DNA of 63,072 nt, the filler included, from Octopus bimaculoides (taxonomy: Eukaryota), in NCBI RefSeq assembly GCF_001194135.2. It is 10 parts of 9 records of this genome, joined end to end, with 100 filler letters (N's around TTAATTAATTAA, not from the genome) between each part and the next. Parts side by side here need not be neighbours in the genome. Positions count along the whole stretch, not along the records: positions 22,557 to 29,150 come from NC_068992.1; positions 29,251 to 42,050 come from NC_068989.1; 8 more parts are not named here. One strand, 5' to 3'. The notes below the pieces were generated by a model. That model was given only the letters and a program-made list of their open reading frames with translations. It was not told the origin of the DNA and did no database searches. Shown here piece after piece: positions 24,946-37,290 of the stretch (positions are counted from its first letter, which is position 1; the number at the start of each line of letters is the position of its first letter). The translations under genes and the position numbers were made by a program.

Positions 24946-26109
24946 CGATATTTCTGCCTCAGCAAATCAGTGCTGAATCTGTCTGAAATGTAATGGAAAA
25001 TAGGTCAGTTTCAAAACAATGATGTCCAGGTCACAAAAGCAAAGATTGAAGGGAATGGAGGTCATTTCCTTTGACTTGTAGATAGTAGCAAATAGGAAAT
25101 AATACTGACCAGAGACAAAAAAAAACAACCCCAAAAACTATTGTTACAGTGTTATTAGCGAAGTGAACAAGAGCACTCAGGATGTTTATCTAGCTGTTAG
25201 TCATTCAAGAAGAATAGGATAGCAAGTATGACCAAGGTAAGTTAGTCAGGTGTATCAATTTGGTAAAAGGTAGTAAGGCAGGTAAATTAATCCAATAAGG
25301 TAACCTTTTTGATTATACTCTATCTAGGGTATAGTCAACTAGGTGAACTGAAATTGTAAAATGTGCAATCGTCTCGCCCTCGCCGGCAATCGCATATCCT
25401 AAAGTTATGGGTCCAATAAAGCTTGATCAGCACCATTTAGACCCTCTCCACCCTACTGATATGATCCAGAGACAAGCCAGAGTAAAATACCCAGTGCCAA
25501 TATGGGTCGCCGGCCCAGGTATGTAGGGGCACCATGATCTCAAACGCAATCAAAAGATACCCCAAAATGCCCAATGCTATTCCCTGCATATCAGCTTTTA
25601 TATCAGTGTAACCGTCTAGAGACATGCTTTAACAAAAGCTAAGGGTATACCTTACTACCAGTAGTCTTCCAGCACGCCGGATATCAACTCAGAATTTTCG
25701 AGGGCTCCGTGCTATTTCTAGATAGTCGTTGAACTTACACTAAGTTCATCCGTCCTTTGACAGGTCCTGATTTTGGTCCTGCTTGGTTTCTAGCAACACT
25801 CTTCATCAGACAAGCCTAGAGGGTGGGGTGGGGTGTTTACGGTTTAGTCACCGACGACTCGACCATGCAATAGGTTGTTTAATCGAGTCACTTGTGAGGT
25901 CTCTCATGCGTGCTACTAGTAACATGGAATCTAGCACATACGTATATACTTATATGTGTGCAACATAAAAATGAAACTAATCTCTTTCTTAAAATATATT
26001 GTATACAGAAACAATTTGCTTGTATCTGCTCATACATACAATATTCAGCAAAAGCTTCAGATACATTGTATATGACTTACCATTGAAACTATCTATCTAT
26101 CTATCTGCC

Positions 26110-26153
<44 letters not shown>

Positions 26154-26235
26154 CGTCCGTCCGTCCGTCCGTCCGTCCGTCCGTCCGTCCATCCATCCAT
26201 CCATCAATCTAACTCACTCTATTTTAATATTTCAG

Positions 26236-26274
26236 GTGGTGACCGCTGTTTGAAGAAAGAGTGTCTGGAAGCAG
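26236..26274 (+). CDS. 39-nt coding microexon of an M13 family (neprilysin/ECE-like) metallopeptidase, start of ectodomain
   Basis: Acceptor ttttaatatttcag, donor GCAG|gtaata, phase 1-1. Translates (G)GDRCLKKECLEA(A), the CxxxxC-xxAA motif that opens the M13 ectodomain. Joins in frame to the 28771 exon. Confidence 0.85.
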
Positions 26275-26436
26275 GTAATATATATCTTTTATCCATTATC
26301 CCTTACCTGTTTCAGTCACTGGATTCTAGCCATGCTGGAGCACTGCTTTGAGGGGGTTTAATCGAAAGCCTCCCCCACCAGCATTTGTTTTAAGTTTGAT
26401 ACTTATTGCATTGTTTTCTCTCTCTCACTCTCTCTC

Positions 26437-26506
<70 letters not shown>

Positions 26507-27211
26507 NNNNNNNNNNNNNNNNNNNNNNNNNNNNNNNNNNNNNNNNNNNNNNNNNNNNNNNNNNNNNNNNNNNNNNNNNNNNNNNNNNNNNNNNNNNNNN
26601 NNNNNNNNNNNNNNNNNNNNNNNNNNNNNNNNNNNNNNNNNNNNNNNNNNNNNNNNNNNNNNNNNNNNNNNNNNNNNNNNNNNNNNNNNNNNNNNNNNNN
26701 NNNNNNNNNNNNNNNNNNNNNNNNNNNNNNNNNNNNNNNNNNNNNNNNNNNNNNNNNNNNNNNNNNNNNNNNNNNNNNNNNNNNNNNNNNNNNNNNNNNN
26801 NNNNNNNNNNNNNNNNNNNNNNNNNNNNNNNNNNNNNNNNNNNNNNNNNNNNNNNNNNNNNNNNNNNNNNNNNNNNNNNNNNNNNNNNNNNNNNNNNNNN
26901 NNNNNNNNNNNNNNNNNNNNNNNNNNNNNNNNNNNNNNNNNNNNNNNNNNNNNNNNNNNNNNNNNNNNNNNNNNNNNNNNNNNNNNNNNNNNNNNNNNNN
27001 NNNNNNNNNNNNNNNNNNNNNNNNNNNNNNNNNNNNNNNNNNNNNNNNNNNNNNNNNNNNNNNNNNNNNNNNNNNNNNNNNNNNNNNNNNNNNNNNNNNN
27101 NNNNNNNNNNNNNNNNNNNNNNNNNNNNNNNNNNNNNNNNNNNNNNNNNNNNNNNNNNNNNNNNNNNNNNNNNNNNNNNNNNNNNNNNNNNNNNNNNNNN
27201 NNNNNNNNNNN

Positions 27212-27269
<58 letters not shown>

Positions 27270-27275
<6 letters not shown>

Positions 27276-27630
27276 CTTGCTTAGAGGACGGCCTTCATTG
27301 CGTCTGTCAATAATGTTCATACGCTTGTCCATCATCATTTCCTTGTAGAGTGTGTGTCTTTAAATGTTCTCTTTGGCACATGGGATCAGAGTTTTAGTTT
27401 GTCTACCAAAAAGTCTTTGAGCTGGACTAGATGCTAAGCCTTGTTGTGGAGTGTTTCTGATGTTCGGGAGTCCAATATATGGATCTTCTTTAGAGAGAAA
27501 ACACGTTCGCATTATGTTTTTTGCAGTTTTCACCGAGGCTTTCGCTTTGCTGTTCCCTGGGTTGGATGTTTCGTGATTGAATCTTCAAGATTTACTAAAT
27601 GCCTGAAACTCCTCTCCAGTGTATTGAAAG
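27270..27630 (-). mobile_element. Ty3/Gypsy integrase C-terminal fragment
   Basis: Minus strand reads KAKASVKTAKNIMR...DPYIGL.NIRNTPQQGLASSPAQRLFGRQTKTLIP. Confidence 0.85.
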
Positions 27631-28770
27631 TGTACACAGGTGTGTCAAAGCTTACCTCTGCTACACATATCAATATATATATATATATATANNNNNNNNN
27701 NNNNNNNNNNNNNNNNNNNNNNNNNNNNNNNNNNNNNNNNNNNNNNNNNNNNNNNNNNNNNNNNNNNNNNNNNNNNNNNNNNNNNNNNNNNNNNNNNNNN
27801 NNNNNNNNNNNNNNNNNNNNNNNNNNNNNNNNNNNNNNNNNNNNNNNNNNNNNNNNNNNNNNNNNNNNNNNNNNNNNNNNNNNNNNNNNNNNNNNNNNNN
27901 NNNNNNNNNNNNNNNNNNNNNNNNNNNNNNNNNNNNNNNNNNNNNNNNNNNNNNNNNNNNNNNNNNNNNNNNNNNNNNNNNNNNNNNNNNNNNNNNNNNN
28001 NNNNNNNNNNNNNNNNNNNNNNNNNNNNNNNNNNNNNNNNNNNNNNNNNNNNNNNNNNNNNNNNNNNNNNNNNNNNNNNNNNNNNNNNNNNNNNNNNNNN
28101 NNNNNNNNNNNNNNNNNNNNNNNNNNNNNNNNNNNNNNNNNNNNNNNNNNNNNNNNNNNNNNNNNNNNNNNNNNNNNNNNNNNNNNNNNNNNNNNNNNNN
28201 NNNNNNNNNNNNNNNNNNNNNNNNNNNNNNNNNNNNNNNNNNNNNNNNNNNNNNNNNNNNNNNNNNNNNNNNNNNNNNNNNNNNNNNNNNNNNNNNNNNN
28301 NNNNNNNNNNNNNNNNNNNNNNNNNNNNNNNNNNNNNNNNNNNNNNNNNNNNNNNNNNNNNNNNNNNNNNNNNNNNNNNNNNNNNNNNNNNNNNNNNNNN
28401 NNNNNNNNNNNNNNNNNNNNNNNNNNNNNNNNNTATATATAAATGTATTTATGCATGTATATCCCATAATCATTTCGCCACGCCCCAAAAGTATATGACA
28501 ATTCAAAACGGTATCTTTCAAAGGTACACATCTCTACACAAAGAACCTCGTTTGTCATTGCTTTTGTTCATCTTCAAGTCAACCCTGATCCAGCATGCCT
28601 ATAATCAAAGACCCATGTAAAGAATTGTAATAAAACCTCTTGGCTGTTTTTGAAAGCCTAATGCAAATTGACGTAACTTAATTTCACTAAGAATTTTGTC
28701 CCTTGCTCTACCGATCCTGTCAACACAAAAACTGTTGTCAATTTAGAATAATTATTCAACTGTTTTCCAG

Positions 28771-28932
28771 CTACCATGATTCTATATTCGAGGAAGAAAT
28801 CTGTGAATCCTTGTGATGATTTCTATGAACATTCCTGTGGAAATTGGATAGCATCACATGAAATCTCACCGAGGGATAATGCTGTTGGAGTCTTTTTGAA
28901 TCTTAGAGATATTCTTGACGAACGTCTGAGAG
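28771..28932 (+). CDS. 162-nt coding exon of an M13 family (neprilysin/ECE-like) metallopeptidase, Peptidase_M13_N region
   Basis: Acceptor tgttttccag, donor AGAG|gtgagt, phase 1-1. Translates ATMILYSRKKSVNPCDDFYEHSCGNWIASHEISPRDNAVGVFLNLRDILDERLR, containing the hallmark PCxDFYxxxCGxW motif. Confidence 0.93.
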
Positions 28933-29111
28933 GTGAGTCTTGGAAGATATTTTAGCTTCTCTTTTCGTGAAATGAAGAACTATTGACAACCTCGTCGATA
29001 CAATAACGAAAATATAACCGGCGAGTTACATTACTGTCACTGTATTCGAATTCGGTTCATATTCAAGACACTTAATTCTCAATATTGCACCCAAAGGAAC
29101 AAGCACGCACG

Positions 29112-29150
<39 letters not shown>

Positions 29151-29250
29151 NNNNNNNNNNNNNNNNNNNNNNNNNNNNNNNNNNNNNNNNNNNNTTAATT
29201 AATTAANNNNNNNNNNNNNNNNNNNNNNNNNNNNNNNNNNNNNNNNNNNN

Positions 29251-29291
<41 letters not shown>

Positions 29292-29929
29292 CGTACATAA
29301 AGGTTACCTTAATATATCATATTAATAGCTGACTGTTGACATGGACGGTCATTTCCCATAGGTATAGTCACGAGTCGTAGCACCTACAGTAGATTTTTCT
29401 GCTTCAGAGGTTTTAGTCCCCAACTGCTATTGTCCAGGCGTGGGTATCAATTTTTAATAAATTTGATGCAAAAGCACGTGTCGTACGAGTTAGGTCGTTG
29501 GGTTCACGATCATTATGTCGTAGGTTCGATTCCTCGAGTGGGTGACATGTGTTCTTGATTTACGGAACGTTATTTCACATTGCTTCAGTCTACTTCGCTG
29601 AAACTGTTTACCAACTGAATTCTGGTGTAGTCATCCCTTCCTTCACCAGACACATTCTGGCAGTTTCATTGGGTTGTTGGTAAGAGGATCTAGTGGCTGT
29701 CTATATCTTCTCGCGATTATATAGGCACCTTCAACAATTAGCGAAAGTGTGATACAAGCACAATCAGGTCATATTCGCTTGCAAGTGGTGGTAAAGATTT
29801 ATTAATGTTTAATAATATTGTCATTTAACCACTTCTTTGTATCGCAGTTGGTATTTGCCGTAACTTCTCGGACCACAACCAACTACAGTATTTGTTCTGG
29901 TGTTTGTCTTGGTGATGAACTTTCCTATA

Positions 29930-30260
29930 TTCTTTGGACATACTGGTAATGTGAGTGTTTATTGAGCGAAGACACTTAAAGCTCCACGAGGCTCCGGCAG
30001 GGGATGGTGGTGAACCCTGCTGCTGTACTCTTTCACCACAACTTTCTCTCACTCTTACTTCCTGTTTCTGTTGTATCTGTAATTCAAAGGGCCAGCCTTG
30101 TCACACTGTGTCACGCTGAATATCCCCGAACTACGTTAAGGGTACACGTGTCTGTGGAGTGCTCAGCCACTTGCACATTCATTTCACTAGCAGGCTGTTC
30201 CGTTGATCGGATCAACTGGAACCCTCGACGTCGTAAGCGACCGAGTGCCAACAACAACAT
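29930..30260 (+). mobile_element. SINE family D (long variant) with (CAA)n tail
   Basis: Near-identical to 42151-42385 and the reverse complement of 11850-12105. Confidence 0.9.
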
Positions 30261-30829
30261 ACTATGGAAACGGTATCGGTGTTGCTCCTGACCTTGCCTA
30301 ATGACGCTCGATATCTGAGACAGGTCACGAACGTCATTAGAAACACACAAATATTTAAAATTTGTTTGTGCCATATCTTCATATATCTCATCTTCTGTGC
30401 AACAGGTAGAATAATTATTCCATACATTTTGTAGTTGACTTCAACCAATCGCCGTTGTCTGAAAATTCATAATGCCGAGTTGGTCTTGATCAACCTGGAT
30501 TTAATTCGTCATTCGTCCTACCAGACCAATCCCGACGCAAGTCATACTGCGCAACCGTCATCATCGAAAGGAAAACGCTGATGAAAACGAGTTACTTTAC
30601 CTATCTGTTCATATTTATTTAAAGCTTTGCATTTTTAGAAGCATCTACAGACTCGGGAAACAAGAACTCAATCGTCATTAAATAACATTTCTCTCTCTAA
30701 GATAAGTGAAGTCATATTCTTACGTTTGACATGGGACAACTAAAACAGGTTAGCATCTGACTTTTCTGAATGTATATGACTTCAGTTATGGAATACCTTT
30801 TAAGAATCGGTGAAAGATTGAATAAGAAT

Positions 30830-31085
30830 AATATTGGCGCTAACATGCGACTATGTTTCACTTCTACTGCAACATCAAACTACAAGCTCAAGTGTGGGCG
30901 AGGTATCCCCATGCCAATGAGTAGGGACTAAATTATAGGAGCGAACCTTTTCGGCGTCTAAAACTTCCCAGTATCAGCTGCATATTCATTCAGTTTACTG
31001 AGTCGAAAATGCTCATGAAGTCAATGAAGAACTCATCGAGTGTCATGTTCTGTTCCAAACAATTCTCCTGGATCCTTATTTACGA
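30830..31085 (-). mobile_element. RTE-clade LINE RT fragment
   Basis: Minus strand reads IQENCLEQNMTL..FFIDF.SIFDSVN...F.V...VK...MLAP (decayed RT motifs 3-4). Confidence 0.7.
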
Positions 31086-31385
31086 TATAGTTTGATGTTG
31101 TAATATATTATAGAATAAATCTAATATTTCACATAACACTACAAGCATAATTTAAACTGAAGTAAATGTATTGAACAGAAAAAAGAGCGATAAACTGAAC
31201 TGGTTTCACCCTTATATTGGGATATCCCCTGCAACTGAGTACTAACCAATAACTGTCCATGAAGGCATTGTGTATATATTAAACACTGTTATTATATTGA
31301 GTGTACACACATACACACACACACATACATATGTTTGTATCTCTCTCTCTCTTTCTCTTTCCCCCTCTCTCTCTCTATATATATG

Positions 31386-31416
<31 letters not shown>

Positions 31417-32176
31417 CTGTCTGTCTGTCTGTATATCTGTCTGTTTGTCTGGCTGTCTGTCTGTGTGTATGTGCGTGTGTGTGTGTATGTATACTAGCTT
31501 AAAGGCCGCACTCCGCGTGCGGACATTTACACTAGCTCCTGCAGAGGGCTAATTGCGCCTGCGGCCGAAAAGTGATGACCGAAATAATAACAAAGCATTT
31601 ATTGGTATCCTAACATCACAGAGGTATCACATTTGAAAAAATTTGTATCACTGTGACATTTGGAGATCACTGTAAAGCAGCAGGATAAACAACATTCTTG
31701 ATTTTATCATTTGGTGTGAGTATGAAGAGATTGTTCTCATCATTTCCGACTCTGGAACAACCAACAAAGAGTTGACCTTGAAAAAAGCACTGTTGCATGA
31801 CGGGAAGACCAACAATTTTCAGTGAGTGTCTTTGATTCTTGTTGATTGACATTTCAAAACTAACTCTCTCACTCTAACATGGATCTGGTTTTAAATGAAC
31901 TGAATTGAAAATATTTTTTTAATTCCCAACGTTTTGATATTACTTTAAATTCAGCGGTGTGCAGATGTTGTACATTAAGTAGAAGGAGGCAGTCAGAATT
32001 NNNNNNNNNNNNNNNNNNNNNNNNNNNNNNNNNNNNNNNNNNNNNNNNNNNNNNNNNNNNNNNNNNNNNNNNNNNNNNNNNNNNNNNNNNNNNNNNNNNN
32101 NNNNNNNNNNNNNNNNNNNNNNNNNNNNNNNNNNNNNNNNNNNNNNNNNNNNNNNNNNNNNNNNNNNNNNNNNNNN

Positions 32177-32253
<77 letters not shown>

Positions 32254-32833
32254 CGCAGTTATTAAGTGGTCCACTAATTGGATAAACCGATTTCGTTTAA
32301 TCTAGTATTCCGGCAGTTAGTTCGATCAGTAAATAACTAGTTTCCAAGAATGCATTATTTATGCAAGTGGGTGTATCCAGCCTAGTGTATCCCTTAATAA
32401 TAATGGCTATATATGCAATATCTCCATCGAGAATTACAAGGGGGTACAAGCGGGTTACAGATGATAGCCCAGTATAGGATTAAAATTAGTCCAGTTTATC
32501 CCACGTCTTCGTCCATAGAGAAATTATAAGATAGACACATGTTTCAAACTGCATAGTGTATCTAAGTGAGTTTTATTTACTCAGGCGGTGTAGGTTAAAA
32601 TCATAGAGTTATTCTGTAAAACATTTAATCAGTAAAATAAAACACTGTTTAATCCGTCGATAGTATATTATAATTTGTATCATAGTTTAACAACAATAAC
32701 TAACGCAGTACACTAAAACCACACACAATGTAAATAAAAATCTTCATCAGACAACTGAATCAGGAAATGGCAAAAAAGAAAGAAACTTTAGTATAATAGA
32801 AAGCCACAAAGCTAACAACAAATTACGTTTAAT

Positions 32834-32871
<38 letters not shown>

Positions 32872-33534
32872 TTTCATCATCAACAACAACAACAACAATG
32901 GTCATACTCTGCCCTGTATCACAATAAGAACCTAAAATAACGATATCCATATTGGAACAACAATTAAACTCATTTATCAGGTATTTCTCGAAAACCAGAC
33001 GTCAAAGTTCACACAAAGTTCATACAAACAGAAACGCTGAAGGAAATTCGCCCACCTTTCACCTTCCTCCCATAAGAAACCAAACGAAAGGTAATATAGA
33101 AATATAGAAATATAAAAACAGAGTCTGATAGAATCACCCATATGTACCCAAAACATATGGGCTTTGAAGGAATCTACTCACCAACATTTGTGACTAATCG
33201 TACTAGCACTGCTAAATTTCAAGAATATGGAAGGTGAGCAAAATTCCAGTAAATCTAAATCCCTATCCCCCAAAGTCTGGGGTGAAGTAGCTTCATACAG
33301 ACACATCACCATCTGGCGACAATAACCCACACATTTTCCTTCCCCTAATCACAACGTTTAACCATTACGAACTTAACACAGAAAATACATGATGACTTTT
33401 ACAACAAACAAGCTACTCACACGCGCCACTCTAACAACATCGATGTTCGCATATTCATTTACCAGCACATTACAACTATCAGCTCATAGGAATACTCTAA
33501 TATATTAATACTACTGATATATCAATTATAATCG

Positions 33535-33710
33535 TTTATCGTTTGACTGTGGGAACCGCCTTGAAAGGTTTTAGTCGAATGAATCGACCCCAGGGTTTTT
33601 CTTAACGCCTGATACTTTTCCTGTCTGTCTCATTTGCTGAACCGCTAGGTTATGGGGACGTAAATAAACTAACACCGGTTGTCAAGCAGTGGTGGGAGAC
33701 CTGAGGGGGT
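33535..33710 (-). mobile_element. SINE family C fragment
   Basis: TTTAGTCGAATGAATCGACCCCAG...GAACCGCTAGGTTATGGGGACGTAAA, as in 49325-49520. Confidence 0.75.
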
Positions 33711-34450
33711 TGCTAAGGTTAAGGGTGATGATCCTCCTGTATCGACTAACTTTTCAAATACTTTATATCAAAGCAATGGTAATAGGCGTAACATATGTTT
33801 CCAGAGTAATCATATAACAGTTCAAAGTTCTAAATAAACAAAAATCTATACACTATTACTACTTCAATGCCCTTCCAGTGCCACTTCAATTCTACTTCAG
33901 CGTCACAATACCATATCACTACCACTGTCTTGACACTCCAATGCCACTCCTGCATTACTTTGATGCTACCGCACCACCACTTAATGCCACTCCGACAAAC
34001 TCCACCATAAGTAATTCTATATATAAATAATGATTTTGTAACTTTTGGCCGAGGTCACAAACTTGTATGAAAAGAAACTTCACCTCTCTACTTTCCTAAA
34101 TCCTTTATCGACCTCCTGGAAGGATTAAAATAAGTTGAACTCGGTAAAATTTCCTTTCAAAACATGAAAGAATACAACGTAGCAGCCAAAGGTACACAGT
34201 TGTGCACCCAGTAATCTTCTGTACATACGTAATAAAAATAAATGAATATTAATTACGTGTTGACTGGAGAGGCGTGTAAAGAGGTGCTTTATTTAAGTAA
34301 ATGAGACGTGATGTCCTGTCATTGATATCTTCTTTGATCTTTTGTTGAGTTGTACATATTTCTAACAATATAAGAAGAATGAGTAATGAATTTGTCCTTG
34401 GTGAGATTCGTATTCTGAAAGCCACGCCAAGTGTCATGATGATGATAATG

Positions 34451-34664
34451 GTGGTTTCAAATTTTGCAACAATGCCAGCAATTTCCGGGTAGATGTTGAG
34501 TCGATTACGTCGACCGCAGAGATCAACTGCTACTTATTGCATCGACCCCCGGAAAGGATGAAAGAAAAATTTGACCTTGGTCGGATTTGAACTCAGAACG
34601 TGAGACTGGAAAATGCCACTTATCATTTTGTCCCACGCGCTAATAATTTTGCCAGCTTGTCACC
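34451..34664 (-). mobile_element. SINE family A
   Basis: ATCGACCCC.GGAAAGGATGAAAG...ATTTGAACTCAGAACG. Confidence 0.85.
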
Positions 34665-34787
34665 TTAATAAAAGCAATGAAAATAACGGCACCAAAACAA
34701 ACCGCAGAACATATTCAAGGCACACAGAGCTGCACTCGATAGCGTAGTTGAAAGCACGTCATAAAAATAAGACTACTGAATAATATT

Positions 34788-34827
<40 letters not shown>

Positions 34828-34848
34828 GTAATAATAATAATAATAATG

Positions 34849-34913
<65 letters not shown>

Positions 34914-34914
<1 letters not shown>

Positions 34915-35267
34915 GAAGACTAAAACAATACCTATTGTCATAGGTGCCCTGGGAATGACAGCGAAACGGGCTGATTACTACCTAGCTCAGATACCAGGAA
35001 ACCCCAAAATGACTGAAGTTCAAAAGATAGTGCTCATGGGAACTGCCCATATCCTATGTAAAATACTGTCTATGTGATCTCAAATTTTAAAACAAACACA
35101 TAATTTTCTTATGGTTTCTTAAACATTCACTAGAACAAAACTGTACAAATCCAAATATATGGTACCCTAGGCATAACACCTACATGAACTTCTAACTTGT
35201 TGTCTCTTGAGGTCTCTGGGTGAGACTTGGATCCAACTTGTACAAATGCAAAACAAAAGTCAAACAT
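34914..35267 (+). mobile_element. 5'-truncated R4/Dong-type non-LTR element 3' end within (TAA)n
   Basis: KTKTIPIVIGALGMTAKRADYYLAQIPGNPKMTEVQKIVLMGTAHILCKILSM*, flanked by (TAA)n at 34785-34913 and 35268-35289. Confidence 0.85.
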
Positions 35268-35331
35268 AAAATAATAATAATAATAATAGTCAAGACGAAC
35301 AGCGCGATTAGATTGTAAGATATTTTATTAG

Positions 35332-35374
35332 TTGAACGATATTTCAACAGTATGTCTGTCTTTGTCAAGTTCAA
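35332..35374 (-). ncRNA. Second copy of the minimal hammerhead (in the inverted terminal repeat)
   Basis: Reverse complement reads TTGAAC TTGACAA A GACAG acata CTGTT GAAA TA T C GTTCAA. Confidence 0.68.
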
Positions 35375-35423
35375 AATAAAAAGTGATAAAAATTCAAAAT
35401 TGTAGAAATTTAATCGTAAAGTT

Positions 35424-35466
35424 TTGAACTTGACAAAGACAGACGTACTGTTGAAATATCGTTCAA
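35424..35466 (+). ncRNA. Minimal type I hammerhead ribozyme, U3-A8 core variant
   Basis: TTGAAC [TTGACAA] A GACAG acgta CTGTT [GAAA] TA T C GTTCAA: stem I TTGAAC/GTTCAA, stem II GACAG/CTGTT, palindromic ATAT in place of stem III. Folded by eye; activity untested. Confidence 0.7.
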
Positions 35467-37100
35467 CTAATAAAATATCTTACGATCGAATCGCGCTCTT
35501 CGTCTTGCCCGAGAAAAACCATTACACTAGAGAATAAGTCGGTCATAAATCTATCTAAACTAAAACTTTCGCCCGACGATGTCTCAGTCTTAGAGTTTGG
35601 ACTGAGTTTTTACCCAAGCACTAAGAATTTCGAAAAGAATCTCAATTGGTATCCAGATAAAATTCGGGATGGAAGTTGACAAGCACTACTAGAATTTCTT
35701 GAATCTTTTCAGGCAGGCATTAGAGAAAGCCTTAAAACAAGTGGAAAGAAGTCTTAGAATAACCTCACAAATTCTCAACGTTACGCACCCCGACGTCTAG
35801 CTAATAGCGATTCTATTGTTATTAAGATGGCCGATAAAGGAGGCGTTATCGTAATTATGGACAAAAGTGGATATATTTCGGCTTGTGAAGAAGTTTTAAA
35901 TGACAAAACTTCTTATGAAGAATTACTTACATCTTATTCGGTCAAATCCGAAATCCTAATTTTTGAGGATAAAACGGATTGTACTGACATAGGGCATTAC
36001 TGGAAACATGCAAATGCTTTTGTATATCCTTATGTCAAACGCGGTTACAGTGAATCACGATTAAAGGAAATAGCAAATGAAATACCTAAGATTAGAAAAT
36101 ACAATATAATAGATGAAAGAATTCATTTAGTGATTAGCTGGCACCGACATTTCGCTGGCATTTCAAAAGTGTTGCATGAAAGTTTACCAGTATGTGGCGA
36201 AAAAATATCCTCGCTTCAAACGGATATTTCCTCAGCTGCCTATTGTAGCCTTTAGACGGTATAAGAATATAAGAGAATTATTGACCTCTATATCTGACTC
36301 CAAGAAAACGAACATTGGAGTATCTGTATGCTGTACCTTAAAGAATAGCCGCAAGAGAAGTAAGCCCTGTTCATTGTGCAACAACATGAGTGAAGTGAAT
36401 TCCATCAGAAATCATAACAGAAATGTTATTATTTATACAGAAGGTGGAACATGTAAAGATTACCATTTGGTGTACGCTGCAGAATGCATGAAACAACTTA
36501 ATTTATGTTGGTTGTACAACAGAACAATTAAACAAAAGGTCTAATGGGCACAGATGTGACGTCAGGCTCAATAACAGTAGTTCGACAGAACTTGCTGAAC
36601 ATTTCGTTTTAAGCGGCTGCAATTTTGAAGAAGACTTGAAAGTGAATATTCTCAGAAAATATTCTGAATCTGCTTCACTTTCACTTCTCAGAATGTATGA
36701 GAAATATGTTTGCGGGTTATTAACATCACGCCCTGGAGGAATGAATAAGATGACAGGAGAATATCATCAAATTTATACAAAACTGTTTGATTAAATATTC
36801 TTCTTTCNNNNNNNNNNNNNNNNNNNNNNNNNNNNNNNNNNNNNNNNNNNNNNNNNNNNNNNNNNNNNNNNNNNNNNNNNNNNNNNNNNNNNNNNNNNNN
36901 NNNNNNNNNNNNNNNNNNNNNNNNNNNNNNNNNNNNNNNNNNNNNNNNNNNNNNNNNNNNNNNNNNNNNNNNNNNNNNNNNNNNNNNNNNNNNNNNNNNN
37001 NNNNNNNNNNNNNNNNNNNNNNNNNNNNNNNNNNNNNNNNNNNNNNNNNNNNNNNNNNNGTTTAAATTTCTATAATTTTGAATTTTTATCACTTCTTATT

Positions 37101-37143
37101 TTGGACTTGACAAAGACAGACGCAATGTTGAAATGTCGTTCAA
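37101..37143 (+). ncRNA. Third copy of the minimal hammerhead (3' terminal repeat)
   Basis: TTGGAC TTGACAA A GACA gacgcaa TGTT GAAA TG T C GTTCAA. The stem I change gives a G-U pair. Confidence 0.6.
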
Positions 37144-37225
37144 CTAATAAAATATCCTACAATCGAATCGCGCTCTTCGTCGTGGCTGTTTACCTTCGTG
37201 AAGAGTTACATCAATCCTTTTGAAA

Positions 37226-37289
<64 letters not shown>

Positions 37290-37290
<1 letters not shown>

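Larger units (their letters stand above)
35291..37185 (+). mobile_element. Internally deleted Penelope-like element (RT N-terminus plus GIY-YIG endonuclease) with terminal repeats
   Basis: VLEFGLSFYP, IKMADKGGVIVIMDK, LPIVAFRRYKNIRELL, PCSLC, LVYAAEC / IYVGCTTEQLNKRSNGHR, GMNK. Terminal repeat copies at 35291-35412 (inverted), 35423-35507 and 37060-37185. Confidence 0.92.

Noticed and set aside
25150-25520. Donor sites ATGACCAAG|gtaagt and GGCCCAG|gtatgt just upstream of the M13 microexon
   Set aside because: The second is phase-compatible, but there is no good acceptor and no transmembrane or signal segment, so it is unsupported as an M13 exon.
29408-29665. Phase-1 acceptors after the 162-nt exon (EVLVPNCYCPGV; DTFWQFHWVV)
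   Set aside because: Both lack the expected KAKxxYxSC motif, and they lie in or next to decayed SINE sequence.
31492-31524. ACTAGC plus GC hairpin (CCGCAC/GTGCGG) resembling a Helitron end
   Set aside because: No matching second terminus or second copy in the window.
32981-33090. AG...GT-bounded open 110-nt segment (YFSKTRRQSSHK...)
   Set aside because: Open only in a phase incompatible with the M13 donor, and no homology.
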